A DNA stretch of 64,000 nucleotides, from contig JBMOPW010000014.1 in NCBI GenBank assembly GCA_049322915.1, positions 986,774 through 1,050,773 on the forward strand, in the 5' to 3' direction. The notes below the pieces were generated by a model. It made no database searches, was not told the origin of the DNA, and worked only from the letters and a program-made list of their open reading frames with translations. The position numbers and the translations under genes are program-made. Below are positions 1-8,949 of this stretch, in pieces (the stretch's first letter is position 1; each line of letters opens with the position of its first letter). Source of the DNA: Candidatus Zhuqueibacterota bacterium. GTDB lineage: Bacteria > Zhuqueibacterota > Zhuqueibacteria > Thermofontimicrobiales > Thermofontimicrobiaceae.

Positions 1-126
1 TTCAATGCTTTCAAAAATTGAAGACCAGCCGGAGTCGACCGGCTTCACTTCAACGACCCGTCCATTTTTCCCCAGCGCGCTGTTAAAAAAAGCGACTACT
101 GATGCAACAACTTTTGCGACAGCCAT
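1..126 (-). CDS. gvpO: Gas vesicle protein GvpO/GvpR-like, 5' part (runs off window start)
   Basis: Not in ORF track. ATG at 126 with GAGG RBS right after the gvpN stop; reads MAVAKVVASVVAFFNSALGKNGRVVEVKPVDSGWSSIFESIE..., resembling the GvpO 'V..V....dGW.v..E..E' pattern; gvpN-gvpO order is common. Confidence 0.6.
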   Translation of the reverse strand, partial: MAVAKVVASVVAFFNSALGKNGRVVEVKPVDSGWSSIFESIE

Positions 127-134
127 AGTTAACC

Positions 135-1049
135 TCAGCAATGAATTGCAAGGAGCTCTTCAATCGTTTTCATTGTGCTCGATTTCGGAGCGCCATTGAA
201 TTTGTATGTATGAATTTCCGATGTCAAAACATCCAGGCAAATTTTTTTGAAGCGAACATTTTTTCTGGATGGAATGATTTTCAGTAGTTTAATGATGCGA
301 CCGATCTTGATGGCATCCCGGAGCGTTGGTCGGTCTGTGTGCCCGTCCTGCGAGCGAAATGAGCGCACCAGGTGCACGATTTTTTTGGCATGCTGATATT
401 TAATACCGGCGCGCCTCTGGGTGATCTGAATTTCGGTCTCCGCATCCAGGCAGCCCAGATCAATGGTAATCATTCGGTCGAGCAGCGCATCCTGAGCCCG
501 ATGAATACCGACGTACTCCTGGGGATTGCTGGTGAAAATGACGCGAAATTCAGGATGGACATTGATGTAAACTTCCCCTTTGGTCTGGCCGGGAAGGTCA
601 AGCATTTTTTCTTCAAGAATCGCCAGCAGGATGTTATTCGCCTCCGGCCTGGAACGCGTGAATTCATCATAAATCAGAGTGAGACCATTTTTGCAGGCCA
701 GCGACAATCGTTTATCGATCCATTGCCGGTCGATTCGCTCCTCGGTTTTGTAAACATGGTGAATAAAATTGTCCACGACTTTTTTTGACCGGATGCCCTG
801 TTCTGCTCCGACCAGATCCGATGTCGACAATTCATCATCCCCGTGCATGATGATGATAGGCCGGCCAATTTCGGCAGCCAAATGCATGGCCAGCGAGGTT
901 TTCCCTGTTCCGGCCGGCCCACAGAAATGAATCGGAAAACCTGCATGCATATAAATTCGGGCATAGGAGAGAATATCTTTCAAAAATGGAGTTAGAATAA
1001 AGTCATTGTCGACAATCGGTTCAAGCACAACAGCAGAGGTTTCTCTCAT
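135..1049 (-). CDS. gvpN: Gas vesicle AAA+ ATPase GvpN
   Basis: Walker A GPAGTGKT, Walker B LIYDEFTRSRPEANN, VVDNFIH and QDALLDR motifs; downstream of gvpA; start placed at ATG 1049 after a GGAG RBS. Confidence 0.93.
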   Translation of the reverse strand: MRETSAVVLEPIVDNDFILTPFLKDILSYARIYMHAGFPIHFCGPAGTGKTSLAMHLAAEIGRPIIIMHGDDELSTSDLVGAEQGIRSKKVVDNFIHHVYKTEERIDRQWIDKRLSLACKNGLTLIYDEFTRSRPEANNILLAILEEKMLDLPGQTKGEVYINVHPEFRVIFTSNPQEYVGIHRAQDALLDRMITIDLGCLDAETEIQITQRRAGIKYQHAKKIVHLVRSFRSQDGHTDRPTLRDAIKIGRIIKLLKIIPSRKNVRFKKICLDVLTSEIHTYKFNGAPKSSTMKTIEELLAIHC

Positions 1050-1449
1050 GTTTATCTCCAAAATGCACATCTATTCGGATCGGCGCGAATTGACAGGCAT
1101 GACAATTCACCCTACCAGTTCCTGCGACCAAATCGGCGGACGGTGTGGCCTGGCTGTGAAACGATGATGTCATAACCCCACTGTACAGCACAGGTCAATC
1201 CCTTTTGTATCAGCGAATGCAGAACAATAAAGGACAACCCGAGCTTATTTGCAGGACGATGCTCAGAAGGGGATGCCAGTGCCAATTGGTCGAAGGCACC
1301 AACCTGTCCGAATCTCAACCTTCGTCCCAATGAATAATGCCTGATCAATCACCGCACAAGTATCTGTTCGAAGTCGCCAACGATCTGGTATTTTAGTAAA
1401 TTAGATAATAGCCAACATGGTTTCAGTCAATGTCGGCAATGCGAAGCTA

Positions 1450-2766
1450 TCAGTTTGGAAAATAGAGATTGTCCTGTTTCCTGACCAGATCTTTTTCGAT
1501 GAGCGCTTTGGCATACGGAATTAACTTCTGCCACTTCAAATCCATGGCCTTTCCGATGTCCGTCAATTTCGCGCCTGCTGCGCCGTGTTCTTTTATCAAA
1601 GCCAGGATTTTTTCTTCCGCGCCATTTTGTGAATTCTCAACCGGCATCGATGGAGCATTCTGTTCAGCCACGGGTGCTTTGGCCTGGGTTGTGCGCTGTT
1701 TCTTTGCGGAAGGCCGTTCACCTCGTCGCTTTCCATCGATGAGGTTGGCGATGTTTTGCCATTCCTGAATTGCTTCCTGATTCTCCGATTGCAGCCGGTT
1801 CAGCATGGTCGTTATCTCGGATTTCATGGCGTTCAGTGAATTCAACCGGCCCGTCATCGCTTCCTGAGCCTGACGAATTCGGTCGGCGTTCCCCTGTTTC
1901 AAATTCGTTTTCAAATCCGAAAACATTCCGGACAGATTGGAGCGCATCTCATCGTGCGCTTGATGAAAACCTGTCAGCATGCCGGCAATTTCCTGGCTCT
2001 GCTTCTGCTGATTTCGCTGAATCCGGGCCATCAGTTCGTTGAAACTCTGCAGCCGTTCTTTGTTAAAGCCCTTGAACGAAATTGTCTCTCTGAGAATTTT
2101 TGACATGGCAGCATGGTCATTTTTAAAGTTCTCAATCAATGCGCTCGAATTTTTAAACAGTGTGTCCAGGTAGTTTGCTCGTTCTTCAATTTCCTTCTCC
2201 GCCCGGGAAAACCGCTCCTGTTCCTGCAGCGATAGCCTTTTTTTGAACTCAGCCAAATCGGTCTGGAAATTATTCAGCAGTTGCTTCATGTCGTTGCTTC
2301 GGCTCCGATGCTGGTCACGAAATGTGTTGAGATTGCCGGCGACATCGGCTTTGTTTTGAGAAATTTGATTCTGCAAACCGGTCATGAACCGGTCAAATTC
2401 GTTCAGGCGCGCTGATCGGAAGTTATTCAACAATTCGGCGACAGAGTTGGAAAAATCAGAAGCGCCATCGCCTTTAAATGCAGCTAACAGCGTGGATAGC
2501 TCTTTCACCCTCTGGTTAATTTCCTCCTGAGTATCAGCGAATCGCTTTTTATTATCATTGGCCAGGTTAGTCTTCAGGTCATTCAACTTCTGTTTTAATG
2601 CCTCGCTCATTTCGTGATGCTCATCGCGAAATCGGTTCAGCATTTCCCGTGTGGATTGAGCTGTCACAGAATTCGACTTCACAATCGTGGCTATTGAATT
2701 CAATCGCTCATCAAAAGAGGTAAGTATCTCCTCTTTCAAGCGCCTCATTTCATCTAAATTAGACAT
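1450..2766 (-). CDS. GvpC-like helical repeat protein with C-terminal winged-helix domain
   Basis: 438 aa, helical, recurring F-x3-H-x2-(M/R)-S/R units, Pro/Ala linker, then EEKILALIKEH...KLTDIGKAMDLKWQKL...LIEKDLVRK; lies between gvpA and gvpN; GGAG RBS. Confidence 0.65.
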   Translation of the reverse strand: MSNLDEMRRLKEEILTSFDERLNSIATIVKSNSVTAQSTREMLNRFRDEHHEMSEALKQKLNDLKTNLANDNKKRFADTQEEINQRVKELSTLLAAFKGDGASDFSNSVAELLNNFRSARLNEFDRFMTGLQNQISQNKADVAGNLNTFRDQHRSRSNDMKQLLNNFQTDLAEFKKRLSLQEQERFSRAEKEIEERANYLDTLFKNSSALIENFKNDHAAMSKILRETISFKGFNKERLQSFNELMARIQRNQQKQSQEIAGMLTGFHQAHDEMRSNLSGMFSDLKTNLKQGNADRIRQAQEAMTGRLNSLNAMKSEITTMLNRLQSENQEAIQEWQNIANLIDGKRRGERPSAKKQRTTQAKAPVAEQNAPSMPVENSQNGAEEKILALIKEHGAAGAKLTDIGKAMDLKWQKLIPYAKALIEKDLVRKQDNLYFPN

Positions 2767-2787
2767 ATAAAAATCTCCAGGTTAACT

Positions 2788-3444
2788 TTAATGGATCGCC
2801 TCATGGGCGTTATCTATATTCGCTTTTTGCAAGATAATTTTTTTGTCGTGAAGTTCATTCCACAGGGCTCTCATTTCACTGTGTTCGCGGGAAATTTCAT
2901 TCAACATGGATTTGATTTCGCTGTTTCGCTCCATCTGTTGCGCGCGAATTTTTTCGATCATCTTTTTGAAATCTTTAATCCGCATCTGCTCGCTGTTTTC
3001 GAGCAACGATTTTAAATTATTGGTCATCTCTTCCTGATCGCGACGAAATGAAATGATGTTTTTTTGAATGGCGTCCCCATTCTTTTCCAGTCTTGCGATG
3101 GTTTCATGGGATTGCTCAATTTTGCCAGTGGCTTATGATTCGAGGAAAATGGAAGCGAGATTTTTATGCTCATCGGCGAAGAGCCGCAACGTTAGCTTCA
3201 TGTCTTTTTCGCATTCAATTTGATAGAACTGTAAATCGCTCAGCATGAGGTCGAAGTCTTTCTTCCTCAATGATTTTTCGTGGGCTAACGAATCTTTTAG
3301 TCTGTCCCAATTAGTTTTCCTTTTTTCACGGCAATCATCCAGGGTGTTATAGGTAGAGCTCACAATCTCCTCGATTTTACTGACTCGCATGGTATACTTG
3401 TTGATAAAATCACGAGTGATTGTTTGCATTTGATCGATTTCCAT
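2788..3444 (-). pseudogene. Second GvpC-like coiled-coil gene interrupted by a single in-frame TAA (3133-3135)
   Basis: ORFs 3133..3444 and 2788..3027 share a frame; reading through the TAA gives a continuous 218-codon helical protein (...FLES*ATGKIEQSHETIARLEKNGDAIQKNIISFRRDQEEMTNNL...). Confidence 0.7.
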
Positions 3445-3504
3445 GGTACGGCATCCTTTTCAATTGGCATAACTGAAATGAAAAAAATGATTGCAGAAAA
3501 AGTG

Positions 3505-3587
3505 TCAGGAAATCTTTGGCAGAATATACTCATTGTAACAATTAGAGCTGGTTCAGAATTAAGGATATTCTGGCAAAAACCTCCTGA
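3505..3587 (-). terminator. Long RNA hairpin directly 3' of gvpA copy 2 (mRNA stabiliser/attenuator)
   Basis: Arms 3505-3529 and 3563-3587 pair over about 25 nt, with G-U wobbles that work on the minus-strand transcript. Confidence 0.55.
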
Positions 3588-3603
3588 TGAGGCAATCACC
3601 CGG

Positions 3604-3819
3604 TTATGCAGGATGCGCTGCTGTTGCAGTCAATCCAATCGCTTCTGCATACTTCAGATAGGTCTCGACTGAAGCCAACACAACTCGCGCTTCAATTGCG
3701 AGTAATTCAATACCGACCAGTGAGACTCGCGCCCACGCATCGATGACGATGCCTTTGTCCAGGATGCGGTCGATCACTTCGACGAGGCTTGAGGAAGCCA
3801 TAGTTTTTTCTACTGCCAT
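3604..3819 (-). CDS. gvpA: Gas vesicle structural protein GvpA (copy 2)
   Basis: [55 protein letters not shown] is the canonical GvpA sequence; GGAG RBS. Confidence 0.98.
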   Translation of the reverse strand: MAVEKTMASSSLVEVIDRILDKGIVIDAWARVSLVGIELLAIEARVVLASVETYLKYAEAIGLTATAAHPA

Positions 3820-3894
3820 TGTAGTAACTCCATTTTTAATGTTAGTTGATTGCGATGAATCACGCCATTTTTAGGTGATCATCAATGTAATTGA

Positions 3895-4110
3895 TTACGC
3901 CGGGTGCGCTGCAGTTGCAGTCAACCCAATCGCTTCTGCATACTTCAAATAGGTCTCTACCGAAGCCAACACAACGCGCGCTTCGACCGCCAGTAATTCG
4001 ATACCCACCAGGGATACGCGTGCCCACGCATCGATGACGATGCCCTTATCCAGTATGCGATCGATTACTTCAACGAGACTTGAAGAAGCCATAGTCTTTT
4101 CTACTGCCAT
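3895..4110 (-). CDS. gvpA: Gas vesicle structural protein GvpA (copy 1)
   Basis: 71 aa from ATG 4110 (AGGAGG RBS); identical to copy 2 except V42 for I42. Confidence 0.98.
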   Translation of the reverse strand: MAVEKTMASSSLVEVIDRILDKGIVIDAWARVSLVGIELLAVEARVVLASVETYLKYAEAIGLTATAAHPA

Positions 4111-4672
4111 ATTCTCACCTCCTTTCATGAATGGTATAATGTGGAAATTGCGCCTTTGAAGGCGTTTCGTTTTCATCATCTTTGAAATCTCATTACGGTA
4201 TTTTATTTTACAATTTCTATTCCATGAAATCAGGCTAAAATAATATGCGAATGGAGTCAGTATTTTCAATACATTAGTTACAATCGTTCATCATGAATGA
4301 AGAAGACAATTGAGGAAAAAAATACACCTTTATGGTGTGCATTCCATAGACTGAATTCCAGCACAGTTTAAAATCGACGGAATTTTATGAAACTTGAGAA
4401 AAAGAAAATGAATTAATGGTCAAATAGGTTGGGAAAAAGATAGAATAAATGACCGAAGAGAAAGAATCGAGTTAAGGCAGTGAGATTTCTGTTTCGGCCA
4501 GGAATTCATGTAAGTCATACGGAAAAATAAGTCAAACATTTGAGTATGAACTGCGTTTAAGAATTGTAAAACAAAGTGACGATGAACAATCCCTCGAAAT
4601 CGAATTCCAGTTACTTTGAAGATGACGAAATGAACATGCGGGTGTAAATTTCCCTGCATCCCAATTTTTTGC

Positions 4673-4701
4673 TTGACTTTCAGCTTATTATTTAATAATA
4701 T
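4673..4701 (+). promoter_or_regulatory. Putative sigma70 promoter for the OMP gene
   Basis: TTGACT-17 nt-TAATAT about 35 nt upstream of ATG 4737. Confidence 0.5.
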
Positions 4702-4736
4702 ACCAAACACTTTGAACGAAAACTGGAGGTCTTCCT

Positions 4737-5387
4737 ATGAAGAAAAGCTTGAGTATCGTGTTGCTTGTGGTGCTTATCATCGCATGTGTGGGTGCGGAAA
4801 TGGCATACTCCCAGGCATTGACCACGACGATATTGAAGGCCGGCTATTTCAATCCAAAAGGCAGTAAGGACGGATTCATTTTTGGCGCCGGGTATTCGTG
4901 GATCGTTGACGAATCAGTCGATATCGGAATTGCAATTGATTATTTCAGAAAAAATTACACTGAGGAAACGCAGATTGCGCAGTCTGTTTCCGAAGGGGGA
5001 ACGGTGGAAAATCAGATACGAACCAACGCTGAATTCACAACGAACATCCTGCCCATTTACGGCGTGCTCAATGTAAAATTCCCGGCCGGCACATATCTGG
5101 ATTATTTCGTCAGCGGTGGCCTGGGCTATGAAATGCTGTTCAGTAAAGAACAAACGTTCGGGGAGAATGCATTCAGCAGTTCCCGATATTATAGCGGCTT
5201 TAAATGGTTGCTCGCCGCGGGCATCATGTATCAAGTGGGATCCAGATCGTCATTTCTGGCGGAGGTCTACTACGACGGGACCAAAGTGAGTCGCGATAAA
5301 AAGGACGAAGTCGGCGCGCCGATTCGATACGAAGTTGATCTCTCAGGAATTGGATTCAGAGTTGGGGTTCGAATGGGCTTCCGATGA
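4737..5387 (+). CDS. Outer membrane beta-barrel protein (OmpA-like/porin family)
   Basis: Signal peptide, alternating amphipathic strands rich in G/Y/F, terminal ...GFRVGVRMGFR; GGAGG RBS. Confidence 0.75.
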   Translation: MKKSLSIVLLVVLIIACVGAEMAYSQALTTTILKAGYFNPKGSKDGFIFGAGYSWIVDESVDIGIAIDYFRKNYTEETQIAQSVSEGGTVENQIRTNAEFTTNILPIYGVLNVKFPAGTYLDYFVSGGLGYEMLFSKEQTFGENAFSSSRYYSGFKWLLAAGIMYQVGSRSSFLAEVYYDGTKVSRDKKDEVGAPIRYEVDLSGIGFRVGVRMGFR

Positions 5388-5460
5388 GATGCTATTCTGT
5401 CAGGAATTAGTCAACAGCAATCGACCTGCTGATCCTTGCTGCACAGAGATTTGATAGCAC

Positions 5461-5502
5461 TGGAGTATTGGATGACCGAATATCTTCATATCCAATACTC
5501 CA
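5461..5502. repeat. Intergenic inverted repeat (REP-like hairpin)
   Basis: Perfect 13-bp arms TGGAGTATTGGAT / ATCCAATACTCCA. Confidence 0.6.
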
Positions 5503-5608
5503 TCCTTCTACTGATTTGAGTCATTCAATCATTGATCATCGCATGACGCGTTCATGATTTTGAATTTCCTTCTTTTTCTAAAATAAAAACGTTAGTCCTC
5601 TCAACATT

Positions 5609-6436
5609 ATGCAGAATTACCAATACGGACAAATGCGATTTGGTTTGGGCGGCGGATACATGACGCCGGCGGTGCAGTACACCATATTCGCAAACGGCAT
5701 TGTATTTTTATTGCAGCTATTGGTCGGGAATCGCCTGATCGACTTGTTCGGTTTGCACCCGGCCAGCGTCTTCCCCGGTTTTGCAATCTGGCAATTTTTC
5801 ACCTACATGTTTTTGCACGGTGGTTTCATCCACATCCTGTTCAACATGCTCATTCTATGGATGTTCGGCTGCGAAGTCGAGAGGCATTGGGGAAGCAAAG
5901 AATTCATTAAATACTACCTAATTTGTGGTGTTGGTGCTGGCTTATTTCACCTGATTTTTAATTTATCGTCCAATATACCTGTGGTCGGCGCGTCCGGCGC
6001 GATTTATGGGATTATCCTCGCATTCGCTATGTTATTCCCGGACCGACCCATCATTCTATTCCCGTTTTTCATCGCGCTGAAAGCAAAATACTGGGCGATC
6101 ATCATGGCTGGTATGCAATTGGTTTTCGGGTTATTGGGCGGTGGCGGCATTGCCCATTTCGCCCATTTGGGGGGAATGGTCGTTGGCTATATAACGCTGA
6201 AATTGGGGTGGCGCGTTTCGTTGATTCGGGACTATGCCAGCCAGAAACGTACAGAATGGAGGCTCAGACAAATGATCCGCGAACGGCAAAAAATGCTGAC
6301 GCTCAGGGAAGAGATCGATTTAATCCTGGATAAAATAAATGATGTTGGCTACGAAAATCTGACAGACGAGGAAAAACGAAAATTACAATCTGCCAGCCAT
6401 TCGTTAGCTGAAGATGAACAGAAACCGGTTCGATAA
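5609..6436 (+). CDS. Rhomboid family intramembrane serine protease with soluble C-terminal tail
   Basis: FLHGGFIHILFNM, GASGAIYG (catalytic Ser), AHLGG (catalytic His); C-terminal IDLILDKINDVGYENLTDEEK. Confidence 0.93.
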   Translation: MQNYQYGQMRFGLGGGYMTPAVQYTIFANGIVFLLQLLVGNRLIDLFGLHPASVFPGFAIWQFFTYMFLHGGFIHILFNMLILWMFGCEVERHWGSKEFIKYYLICGVGAGLFHLIFNLSSNIPVVGASGAIYGIILAFAMLFPDRPIILFPFFIALKAKYWAIIMAGMQLVFGLLGGGGIAHFAHLGGMVVGYITLKLGWRVSLIRDYASQKRTEWRLRQMIRERQKMLTLREEIDLILDKINDVGYENLTDEEKRKLQSASHSLAEDEQKPVR

Positions 6437-6442
6437 TCTTCC

Positions 6443-7954
6443 ATGTTGAGATGTTATTTTCCAAAAATCTGCATTGCATGTGCATTCATTTCGGTGATCA
6501 GTATCGCTGCAAGAACAAACGCGCAGGAAGTTACCATCGTTTACCGGGAGGCTGTTAATTACTCGGAAACCGTGACGACGATTTTCCATGAGGACGTTCG
6601 GTTTATTTCGGTGAATGAATTGGCGCGTGTCCTCAATGCCCACATCGTAAATAATGATCTGAATCGAAAATCCCTAATTCAACTGGACGGTAAGGCGATT
6701 AAAGTAACGGCATTCAATCCGTTCATTCAGGTTGACGATCAGACGTTCCAGCTTCCCATCGACACTATTTTGAGAAATTCGGAAATTTACCTGCCGTTCA
6801 AATACGCGCTGGAAATTTTGGGCGTTGCAGTTCCGAACCGGTTCGAGTACGATGAATCGAGCAATACACTGATCCTGCAAAGGAGCATGAATTACAATGT
6901 CGAAGATATTGAAGTCGATGCAAAAATCAACGGCACGTTGATCCGTATCAAGACGATTCGGGATTTTAAGAGTTCGGACATCAGCCTCCGCGCCAGTCAG
7001 GGATGGCTTTATGTTGATCTCTATGGCGGTCGGGCCGATTCCGCTTCGCTCTATAAAACATTCAGTAGTGGATTAATCGTACGAATCATTGCCAGCCAGA
7101 TATCTCCGGATTTATTGCAAATTGGTTTCCGTCTGCGGGATGAACTTGTGGAGAAACATATCATTTCTCAGAATCCCCGTGAGATCATGGTATCGCTGAA
7201 GACGAAGAAGGATTTGTCTGCGGAAATAACCAAAGATTTGGAGAACGAAAAGAGCAAATGGCTCATCGATAAAATCGTAATTGATCCGGGCCATGGGGGC
7301 AAAGACCCGGGTGCTGTGGGGCGAAAATATCGCACCTACGAGAAGGATGTTGTGCTGGGAATTGCCAGACACCTGAAGGAACTGTTGGTCAGTCAGTTGG
7401 GAATAGACGTATTGATGACCCGTGAGGATGACCGTTTTATCGAGTTATATCAGCGAACCGAATTCGCCAACAGAAATCAGGCGAAGCTTTTTATTAGCAT
7501 CCACGCTAACTCGGTTGAAAACAACTCGCGCGTTCGGGGTGTGAGTACTTATTTTCTTGGACCTGGTAAATCGGAAGAGGCTCGACAAGTTGCGCGTTTG
7601 GAAAATTCAGTAATCAAGTATGAAAACGAGAGCAAATATGCTGACTTGACCCAGGAAAATTTTATTCTTTCCTCGATGGCTCAAAACATTTACAATCTGG
7701 AAAGCCAGGATCTGGCGGAAATGGTGCAGAAGGAAATAACACAGGAATGTGGGCTTAAAGATCGGGGCGTTATCCAGGCGGAATTTTACGTATTATGGAA
7801 AGCGTCCATGCCGAATATCCTCATCGAGACTGCCTACATTTCCAATGCGAACGAAGAGAATTTGTTGCGGTCGAATGCGTTTCAGAAAAAACAGGCAATG
7901 GCCATTTTCCGCAGCATCAAAAAATTCAAAGAGAAATACGAATCGGAGCTATAA
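6443..7954 (+). CDS. N-acetylmuramoyl-L-alanine amidase (Amidase_3)
   Basis: IVIDPGHGGKDPGA, EKDVVL, FISIHANS, ILIETAY motifs; N-terminal signal peptide. Confidence 0.93.
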   Translation: MLRCYFPKICIACAFISVISIAARTNAQEVTIVYREAVNYSETVTTIFHEDVRFISVNELARVLNAHIVNNDLNRKSLIQLDGKAIKVTAFNPFIQVDDQTFQLPIDTILRNSEIYLPFKYALEILGVAVPNRFEYDESSNTLILQRSMNYNVEDIEVDAKINGTLIRIKTIRDFKSSDISLRASQGWLYVDLYGGRADSASLYKTFSSGLIVRIIASQISPDLLQIGFRLRDELVEKHIISQNPREIMVSLKTKKDLSAEITKDLENEKSKWLIDKIVIDPGHGGKDPGAVGRKYRTYEKDVVLGIARHLKELLVSQLGIDVLMTREDDRFIELYQRTEFANRNQAKLFISIHANSVENNSRVRGVSTYFLGPGKSEEARQVARLENSVIKYENESKYADLTQENFILSSMAQNIYNLESQDLAEMVQKEITQECGLKDRGVIQAEFYVLWKASMPNILIETAYISNANEENLLRSNAFQKKQAMAIFRSIKKFKEKYESEL

Positions 7955-8007
7955 AAAAAAGCCCCCAGCTTTCGCCAGGGACTTCGGAGGGAGGAAAAAA
8001 TGAGATG

Positions 8008-8691
8008 TTACAAAAATCTATAACCTGTTCCGTGAATAGTCTCTATGTATTGTGATGGGTATTTATATTCACCCAGTTTCTCGCGCAGTCGTTTGATGTG
8101 GACGTCGACTGTCCGGTTGGTGACATATACTTTCCTGCCCCACACTTTTTCCAAAATTTCTTTACGGGAAAATACGTTCTCCCGTCGGGATGCCAGAAGG
8201 TACAACAACTTGAATTGAATGTAAGTTAAATCAATCGGTTTCCCTGATTTCCGCACTTTGTGTTCATCCAGATCAATCTCAATATCTTTCACTTTAATTT
8301 TCTTACTCTCCGTTCTTTCGACGCGGTCAATGACAGCTTTCATACGAGCGACGATCGATTTGGTGCTGAACGGTTTGATCACATAATCATCAGCGCCAAT
8401 TTGGAACGCTTTGACAACGTCATTTTCATTGTCGTTGGAGGTAACAATAATCAGTGCGGCTTTTCGTGTATCAAAGTCATCTTTCAGATTTTTACAAATA
8501 TTCCACATATCTTCACCGAAGTCATCATGGTCTACGATGACTGCCTTCGGCCGCTCAGCTAAAACGATTTCCTGTACCCTATCAGGATCGTTCATACTGA
8601 TCGCTACGAAACCCTCATCCTCAACAATCCTGGACATGGAGTTGGGGTTGCCGTTCTGTGCATCAACAACCAATACTTTTCCCTTATCCAT
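8008..8691 (-). CDS. OmpR/PhoB-family response regulator
   Basis: Receiver domain (GADDYVIKPF) plus winged helix (RTVDVHIKRLREKL, IETIHGTGY). Confidence 0.92.
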   Translation of the reverse strand: MDKGKVLVVDAQNGNPNSMSRIVEDEGFVAISMNDPDRVQEIVLAERPKAVIVDHDDFGEDMWNICKNLKDDFDTRKAALIIVTSNDNENDVVKAFQIGADDYVIKPFSTKSIVARMKAVIDRVERTESKKIKVKDIEIDLDEHKVRKSGKPIDLTYIQFKLLYLLASRRENVFSRKEILEKVWGRKVYVTNRTVDVHIKRLREKLGEYKYPSQYIETIHGTGYRFL

Positions 8692-8933
8692 TTCTCTTTC
8701 CTCTTCTTTAACTGTGGTTCAACACTACTGAATTTATAAGATACTTGTTTTCGCATCAAAATAAATGACCTCGTATCGAGATATGATGCAGTACTTGATT
8801 TTCCCAAACCCTTCACCCCAACCGTCAACATCATGGATTAGAGCTGTGAACCCAATCTCGATACGAGGTGCAAGCCCAAATATGACACTCTTTAACAATC
8901 AAACATCAATCATCAAAAGACATACATAGCATC

Positions 8934-8949
8934 AGCAAAGATTATGCCA
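8934..8949 (-). promoter_or_regulatory. Sigma54 (-24/-12) promoter upstream of the OmpR-family regulator
   Basis: Minus strand reads TGGCATAATCTTTGCT, matching TGGCAC-N5-TTGCW. Confidence 0.7.

Noticed and set aside
1071..1449. ORF 1112..1348 as an additional gvp gene
   Set aside because: No RBS, no Gvp-like motif, atypical composition
3133..3135. Alternative genetic code or programmed readthrough explaining the in-frame stop
   Set aside because: TAA terminates many clear genes here (gvpA2, ccmB, rho), so reassignment is not supported
4111..4269. N-terminal extension on gvpA copy 1 (124-aa ORF)
   Set aside because: A strong AGGAGG precedes ATG 4110 and the product then matches copy 2 exactly in length
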